Part shown: positions 8,209 to 13,329 of the stretch, piece by piece
Position numbering within the stretch: position 1 is the stretch's first letter
How the letters are laid out: each line of letters begins with the position of its first letter
Assembly: GCA_035285545.1 (NCBI GenBank)
Contig: JAYKGY010000041.1
Location: forward strand, 1-13,329
Reading direction: 5' to 3'
Source of the DNA: Snowella sp.
GTDB taxonomy: Bacteria; Cyanobacteriota; Cyanobacteriia; Cyanobacteriales; Microcystaceae
Length of the DNA stretch: 13,329 bases
Made by a program: the position numbers and the translations under genes
The notes under the pieces: model-generated
Database searches by the model: none
Seen by the model: only the letters and a program-made list of their open reading frames with translations
Told to the model about the DNA's origin: nothing

Positions 8209-8451
8209 TTAATTTTTCATATCCAATAGGGACAGATAATCGATCGTCCTAATAAGTCGTTCTAAGGCTTCACTTTCTGTTAAGCCCTGATGTTCTGCTC
8301 TCTTTTTGATCGTTCCAATCACCGTAGGAGTTAACGTGTACCACTTTCTTTCTTTCACTTCATCGTACATCATCGGTCTTCCTTTCGTGCCCTTGATTCC
8401 CTTAGAAACCTGACGATTCTTCCGTAAACTACCATTTTCAAGCTCAGACAT
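8209..8451 (-). CDS. Small CopG/RHH-like DNA-binding protein (80 aa)
   Basis: Start revised to ATG at 8451 (GGGAG SD upstream) rather than 8598. Sequence KGRP..YDEVKERKWYTLTPT...IKKRAEHQGLTESEALERLIR fits the RHH beta-alpha-alpha pattern. Confidence 0.7.
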   Translation of the reverse strand: MSELENGSLRKNRQVSKGIKGTKGRPMMYDEVKERKWYTLTPTVIGTIKKRAEHQGLTESEALERLIRTIDYLSLLDMKN

Positions 8452-8625
8452 CTTATGACTCCCTATACAACACTTAGTTAACTGATCATAAGCCGCATCC
8501 TGCTTTTGTACCTTCATTGTTCTGCTTGATTGAAGCTGCAAAAGCATTGTACAGCCTACATTTAGCCACCAGTATAACATTAGTTTATATACAGTCAAAT
8601 GCCGTTTGAGACCGTTGTATAAGAT

Positions 8626-8752
8626 TGTTCAACATTTAGACCATGAGAATTCTAGAAACCCTACCAGTAATAGCTTTTAAGCCTTTTCAACACCTTGCTA
8701 ATACTCTAAACCGCAAGTTGCGGTATTGCTTTTTAATGCTATTATGTTGAAT
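8626..8752. promoter_or_regulatory. Candidate recombination or regulatory site upstream of the recombinase
   Basis: Palindrome ACCGCAA-G-TTGCGGT (8710-8724) is bracketed by inverted TTCAACA (8686) and TGTTGAA (8745). A further TTCAACA sits at 8628. Confidence 0.4.
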
Positions 8753-8837
8753 AACAGCAGGAAGCATATGATAAATATTCCTGATATAAAGCTTTTGAGT
8801 CCATCTACAGTTAAACGAAATTATTAAGGAGGTACAG

Positions 8838-10658
8838 ATGAACTGTTCAACACCCGTTCTGTCCGAGGTTGTGAAAGCGATTAAGATCGAATATCCCCAG
8901 TGTGCTCCCCAAATGCAGAGTGCTTTCCTCCGTTATTTACTACCTCTGTTGGGGTACAGTACAACGGGTCGCCGAGTGACTAAAAGAGAACAACAAAAAA
9001 TTGACCAATTTTTAAGTACCCATTCTCTTCCTTTTCAGACAGCCAGCGAATGGAGAGAACTAACAAATCAAGGATTGGAACGAGCAGGGTTAAAGAAATC
9101 TCAGCAACGCTTTCCCCGTTCCTATCTCAATAAAGTCATCGATTGTTTAGAAAAAAGACGTTGGACACGTTCTAGTGAATCTGTAATTGCAGCATCCCCA
9201 GAGGTGTTAAATCGCAGAAAAATTACTCCTGTAGTTGACAAATCAGCGTTAAGTCAGTCTCAAGTCAAAAGAACTCGTAGTAAAGTAATCTGTTTAGGTT
9301 CTGATCCTCTAGAGTATTTGGAAATTCATCAACCTTTATTTCCTGATAAAACCGAGGCTGAAATTGTTGATTGGATTAACGGTGAATTGACAAGAATTGA
9401 CAAAGAAATCAAGGATTGTTTATATTTTCTTGCCCATAAAGAAAAAGACCCCTTAGCCAAGGCAAGTCAGAAAGAATGGCTGAGTCGCATACGACTATTA
9501 TTAGGATGGCAATTAATTAAAACGCAAGATCTAAGAGAAGTGGGGCTAGCAAAAATTGTGCCAGTTGTCACCAGAGAGATTTCTTTCTGTAAATACGAAG
9601 AGTCTTTAAAGTATTTTGTTGCTAAAGAAAAGATAGAGGATCAATTAAAAGCAGCCGCTGATCATACCATTCAATTTATTAAGGGCTTTTTTAATGAGCA
9701 TGGTAAAGATTACGCTAGGCGAACTAAAACAGGTCATATCGAATGTTTGATTAGAGTAGGTAAGTTTTTATATAAAGATATTACCGACGAAAATCAATAT
9801 AGTCGATATGAAGATATTCCTGTGATTTCACGATTGAGACTCTTGTTAAATAGTCTGCCATCGGGGTCTAAAAAAATTAAGAGTTTGCCCTTGACTTGGG
9901 CAGAAATTCTATCGATTAGAGCAGAACTTAAAAAAAGAGTCGATGATCCTTTTAACTATTCCAAAGATTCTCAAGGTAATATTATTAAAACGCCAAGAAA
10001 ACCTTCTTGTAGAGCTAAAGATCTGCGTCGTTTTATTGCTTTTTGTTTCTTAACGGTGATTCCTCCTATTCGAGCGAGAACGATCGCGGAATTGGAATTT
10101 CAAAGAACTCTTAAGCATGGACTGTTTGATGATTCAGGTTTTATTCCTAAAGATAAGCTTTCTGATCCCTCCCTTGCCCAGTATTATTACCATTTTGGAG
10201 AAGGAGACTATAAGACCTGGAAAATTTATGGAGAAATTATAGCCCCTATACTTAATCAAGATTTTGGGGATGGAACGTGTTTCTATAATTATCTCGATCA
10301 ATTAATTTATGGAGAAGGTCGAAATTCATTACTACGTTATCAACAAACCCACCAATTAATATTTGTCAGAACCCAAAATTCTCAAAAGGCATTAGCAGGA
10401 GATCCAATTACGGCAAGTATTTATTCATCAATTATTGGGGATATTACTAAAAAATATGCCAATATTAAGGTTAGTCCCCATAAATTCCGCTCTATTTATC
10501 GGACGCATCTAGTCAATTCTGGAGCGACTCCTGAAGAATTAGCCTCAGCCGCTTATTTTATGCACCATTCTGTCAAAATGGCAGAGGACTCCTATACGGT
10601 GCAGAGTCGGCAAGAAAAATTGCGCCCTATTTTGGATTTAATGAAGCGTAGCCACTAA
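8838..10658 (+). CDS. Large tyrosine recombinase / integrase
   Basis: Catalytic set in the C-terminal domain: R (PPIRART), K (YKTWK), HxxR (PHKFRS), H (MHHS), Y (DSYT). Strong SD AAGGAGG at 8826-8832. Confidence 0.88.
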   Translation: MNCSTPVLSEVVKAIKIEYPQCAPQMQSAFLRYLLPLLGYSTTGRRVTKREQQKIDQFLSTHSLPFQTASEWRELTNQGLERAGLKKSQQRFPRSYLNKVIDCLEKRRWTRSSESVIAASPEVLNRRKITPVVDKSALSQSQVKRTRSKVICLGSDPLEYLEIHQPLFPDKTEAEIVDWINGELTRIDKEIKDCLYFLAHKEKDPLAKASQKEWLSRIRLLLGWQLIKTQDLREVGLAKIVPVVTREISFCKYEESLKYFVAKEKIEDQLKAAADHTIQFIKGFFNEHGKDYARRTKTGHIECLIRVGKFLYKDITDENQYSRYEDIPVISRLRLLLNSLPSGSKKIKSLPLTWAEILSIRAELKKRVDDPFNYSKDSQGNIIKTPRKPSCRAKDLRRFIAFCFLTVIPPIRARTIAELEFQRTLKHGLFDDSGFIPKDKLSDPSLAQYYYHFGEGDYKTWKIYGEIIAPILNQDFGDGTCFYNYLDQLIYGEGRNSLLRYQQTHQLIFVRTQNSQKALAGDPITASIYSSIIGDITKKYANIKVSPHKFRSIYRTHLVNSGATPEELASAAYFMHHSVKMAEDSYTVQSRQEKLRPILDLMKRSH

Positions 10659-10706
10659 TTAGACTCTTTTTCCGTAGTATGGTAGGCCTAGGCAAAATTT
10701 TGGTAT

Positions 10707-10737
10707 AACTCCTGTTGAAACGTGACAGGAGTTTTTT
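10707..10737 (+). terminator. Intrinsic terminator after the recombinase gene
   Basis: AACTCCTGT (10707-10715), 9-nt loop, ACAGGAGTT (10725-10733), then a T-run. Confidence 0.75.
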
Positions 10738-10926
10738 GGTGACGTTTGAAAGTCAAAGTAAAACGCTTGCAATTTATTGGTTTTCTCTGGCTTAGCTAAT
10801 GCTGAACAGCTTTGCTGATAGGGTTGTAACTCTATTTGATATGAGAGGAGTCGTCGTTTATAGCACAATTCTATATATAGTCCTAGTACTATAATAAAAA
10901 TTATTTAGGTGAACTAATTTTTTCTC

Positions 10927-11727
10927 ATGCCAAGTCCCAATAAATCTCAATTGAATCTTTCGGTGGATAGTGATCTAAAAGATCGATTCAAAGTTCTATG
11001 TGATTCTTGTTCCATAAGCTTGGCCAAAGCATTTGAATCTTTTATGGTTCAGTGCTTGGAGGCAGAGGAAATTATCTCTATACCAAGTCCTAATGCTAGT
11101 CCTAGCATAGATATTGATAGCAAAATCGAAACTGCCATACAAGAAGCAATCTCGCCTATTCAAGAAAAGTTATTGAGATTGGTTGAAATTGTGGAAACAC
11201 TCCAACAGTCGCTGGAGAATGCCACTTTTGAAGTCGATGAAGTGATCGAAGATGAATTAGTCGGGCAAGGCGTAACTTCAGCTTCTTTATCTGTGATTTT
11301 TGATGAGCCTGATGCGATCTCTGAACTAGAGAACATAGAACCTATTCAAGAGGCGATCGCCGAAGATGCAAAAATATTGTTGAATGATACGATGATTTCA
11401 TCCTCTATTGAGCCTGTCGAGAATGCCCTAAATCGTCCTATTGATCTATTTCCTGATGATTTGGTCAAGAAGGAAGTTAAGGCGGGTGATTTGTCCGTTC
11501 TTCTGGCTGTTGAGACGGAAGTACCAGACTTGATCTCGGAATCTATAGCGTTTTTAGAAACTGATGAGGGAATAAATACCAAAGAATTCTATGAAGTCTT
11601 CAAGAGCAAAGGATTTACTCTCTCTGAAAGAAGGATTCAAGAGATAGCGAAGGCAGGTAATGTCCCTCCAGAATGGGGCTATCGTGCCGCTAAAATTAAA
11701 AATCAGTGGAGATGGTTTCCTCTCTAG
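10927..11727 (+). CDS. Hypothetical plasmid protein: N-terminal RHH, coiled coil, acidic linker, possible C-terminal HTH
   Basis: SQLNLSVDSDLKDRFKVLC....SLAKAFESFM is RHH-like. A heptad segment follows (IETAIQEAISPIQEKLLRL). The C-terminus INTKEFYEVF...LSERRIQEIAKAG...WRW is HTH-wing-like. SD AGGTG upstream. Confidence 0.65.
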   Translation: MPSPNKSQLNLSVDSDLKDRFKVLCDSCSISLAKAFESFMVQCLEAEEIISIPSPNASPSIDIDSKIETAIQEAISPIQEKLLRLVEIVETLQQSLENATFEVDEVIEDELVGQGVTSASLSVIFDEPDAISELENIEPIQEAIAEDAKILLNDTMISSSIEPVENALNRPIDLFPDDLVKKEVKAGDLSVLLAVETEVPDLISESIAFLETDEGINTKEFYEVFKSKGFTLSERRIQEIAKAGNVPPEWGYRAAKIKNQWRWFPL

Positions 11728-11769
11728 AAAAATCCTGTGCAATCTCTCTCAATTTTTAAGGTATTTACG

Positions 11770-12069
11770 ATGGCAACCGAAGGCAAATTAGAGGTAACGA
11801 TCAAAATTAATGAGTTTCCTAGCAATGTTGTGACTGTTGAGAATGGCTGGAAATCTTTTGACATAGACTGTGACGGACGCATTTTTAGCGTTACGCTTCG
11901 TCCTAAAGTGTTTAAGAAGATTGAAGATGCTCAAGCTAATTTCCCGATGTGGGTAGCAGCGATCGCGGGTAAGTTGGGGGAACCGACTGAGAAGGGGTTT
12001 ATTCTGGCGGAACCTAGTATCCAAGTCTTTGAAAAGAAACCTAAAGAACCGAAGCCGACTCAAGATTAA
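11770..12069 (+). CDS. Conserved small cyanobacterial plasmid protein (often labelled 'fertility inhibition FinO-like')
   Basis: Start revised to ATG at 11770 (MATEGKLEVTIKINEFP...GWKSF.IDCDGR...WVAAIAGKLG...EP.IQVFEKKPK, 99 aa). The family was recognised from memory and the function is unverified. Confidence 0.7.
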   Translation: MATEGKLEVTIKINEFPSNVVTVENGWKSFDIDCDGRIFSVTLRPKVFKKIEDAQANFPMWVAAIAGKLGEPTEKGFILAEPSIQVFEKKPKEPKPTQD

Positions 12070-12100
12070 TTAACCGAAATAGCGTAAAATCTCCATAGAT

Positions 12101-12183
12101 GCACAAAAGCGACCTGCTTCCAACAGATCGCCTGTGCTGTAAGTCAAGGACAGAAACTGTGCCTAACCAAACAAAGTCCAATT
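12101..12183 (-). ncRNA. Candidate ~80-nt antisense RNA against the second Rep-like gene leader
   Basis: Minus-strand hairpin GCGATCTG-TTGGAAG-CAGGTCGC followed by TTTT (12131-12105). Antisense extended -10 TGCTAACCT at 12198-12190. Confidence 0.5.
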
Positions 12184-12239
12184 GATTTAAGGTTAGCAGT
12201 TTTTGTCCTCAATCACTACTTATTTTGAGGATTTTGAAA

Positions 12240-13329
12240 GTGACTGCTTTTGCCAGAATTACCGATGAACATGATGCCTTAGCCTTTTCTATAAGCCCTT
12301 GCGCGGGTTTTCTCTACCGTTTCTTGCTGCGATTACGTCCCGCAGGCCAAGCCATTGAGTTTGAGATCGAAGATTTTAACCAATATGCGAGACAACACCG
12401 TCCCCGTCCCTTTTGCCATAAATGGGTAAAAATCGCGATTTATCAATTGGAAGCTATCGGCTTAATACAAATATTAAAGAAATTTAATGCCCGTTGTCTG
12501 AAGCTGGTAGCCCTACATCCTCAATTATTTTCAGGGAATGAAAATTCTATTGTTAGGCAGGAAAATTCCAAAAAAGAACCCTCAAAAGCTGATTCTGTCG
12601 TTCCTATACATAGAGAATATAGAGAAAAATACAAACAACCCGTTGTTGTACTAAAAAATGGTAGTACAAATACAGAAAAGTCAGCCAATACAGAAGTTAT
12701 TGGCCTAACCAATCTGGAAATGGTTTGTGAAAGCAAGAATGCTGTAGCCAGTTTGGAAGTTATTTGTGAAAATCAAACGTTAGATGTAGTTAACTTGATT
12801 ACTCCGATAAGTTTGGAAGAAGAAAAATTTTCCGCGCCGCCGCAAAAAAATAGTACGGAAGAACTACAGAAGCCCGAAGTTTTCACAATATCAGAAGATG
12901 ATAATACAAAAGTATTGAAGGAAAAAAATTTTTCCGCGCTATCGACAAACGATAATACAGAATTACTAGAAAAAGCTGAAGACTGTGGAGTTCGTCTTAA
13001 TCCCTTTGTAATAGCCCTGATCGCTAAAACGGAGGCTCAGGTCGTTGCTAACGCGATCGCGGCTTTAAAGGAGGCTCGACGTAAGGGAAATGTGAAAAAT
13101 CCAACGGGATACTTAGTCAAAGCGATTCAACAAAAATGGCATCCAATGGAGGCTAAGGATTCCAGCAGTGGCTATCCTCATGGTTTTCTAGAGTGGTATC
13201 AGAAGGTTGTGGCTTTGGGGCTAGTAGAGAATATTCCTGCGAACTATTTAAGCTGCGATCTTCGAGGGGAACCGTTTGTCCGTTTACCGATTCAGGATGG
13301 AAGCCGACCCTATTTACTGAAACCTTGGC
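12240..13329 (+). CDS. Putative wHTH replication initiator-like protein, 3'-truncated (at least 363 codons, absent from the ORF track)
   Basis: GTG at 12240 with SD GAGGA at 12227-12231, and no stop before the window end. Translation: MTAFARITDEHDALAFSISPCAGFLYRFLLRLRPAG...VKIAIYQLEAIGLIQI (wHTH-like), a low-complexity linker, then VANAIAALKEARRKGNVKNPTGYLVKAIQQKW, which resembles Rep C-terminal helical motifs. Confidence 0.75.
   Translation, partial: MTAFARITDEHDALAFSISPCAGFLYRFLLRLRPAGQAIEFEIEDFNQYARQHRPRPFCHKWVKIAIYQLEAIGLIQILKKFNARCLKLVALHPQLFSGNENSIVRQENSKKEPSKADSVVPIHREYREKYKQPVVVLKNGSTNTEKSANTEVIGLTNLEMVCESKNAVASLEVICENQTLDVVNLITPISLEEEKFSAPPQKNSTEELQKPEVFTISEDDNTKVLKEKNFSALSTNDNTELLEKAEDCGVRLNPFVIALIAKTEAQVVANAIAALKEARRKGNVKNPTGYLVKAIQQKWHPMEAKDSSSGYPHGFLEWYQKVVALGLVENIPANYLSCDLRGEPFVRLPIQDGSRPYLLKPW

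Larger units (their letters stand above)
263..13060. repeat. HIP1 octamer GCGATCGC, 12 copies
   Basis: At 263, 411, 703, 1670, 1807, 3916, 4467, 5093, 6136, 11353, 11959 and 13053. HIP1 is a cyanobacterial hallmark. Confidence 0.9.

Noticed and set aside
8452..8598. N-terminal extension of the 129-aa ORF
   Set aside because: A better ATG with a GGGAG SD lies at 8451, and the extension is not protein-like.
10659..10868. 69-aa minus-strand ORF between the recombinase and the RHH gene
   Set aside because: It has a non-ATG start and no motif, and it runs through the recombinase terminator.
173..12736. Short minus-strand ORFs (173-355, 4507-4710, 4851-5060, 5550-5777, 6051-6263, 7041-7226, 7117-7314, 11346-11582, 11554-11742, 11788-12063, 12521-12736)
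   Set aside because: They are antisense shadows of well-supported plus-strand genes and have no recognisable motifs.

Overview
This window looks like part of a cyanobacterial plasmid or integrated plasmid-like element. The host is inferred from 12 HIP1 GCGATCGC octamers and from cyanobacterial-type proteins. Gene order is: 3' part of an SNF2-family helicase (possibly the end of a defence operon), an AT-rich MerR-like HTH gene (-), a DUF3854/TOPRIM primase fused to a P4/D5-type SF3 helicase, a divergent ParG-like RHH gene (-) and parA (+) with AT-rich repeats on both sides of parA, a 206-bp MITE, a small RHH gene (-) divergent from a 606-aa tyrosine recombinase, an RHH/acidic protein, a small conserved beta-rich protein, and a GTG-start wHTH Rep-like ORF that the ORF track missed (12240 to the window end). 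The most interesting signals are non-coding. (i) A mirror-symmetric GTGGAG/CTCCAC iteron array around an A-rich core inside the primase gene, a probable origin. (ii) Both putative replication genes have leaders with a minus-strand terminator-like hairpin with a UUGG loop, an antisense extended -10 and alternative Shine-Dalgarno (SD)-sequestering pairings, suggesting antisense-RNA copy-number switches. (iii) A perfect HLR1 (RpaB-type) site upstream of the primase. All family assignments come from motif recognition, not database searches.
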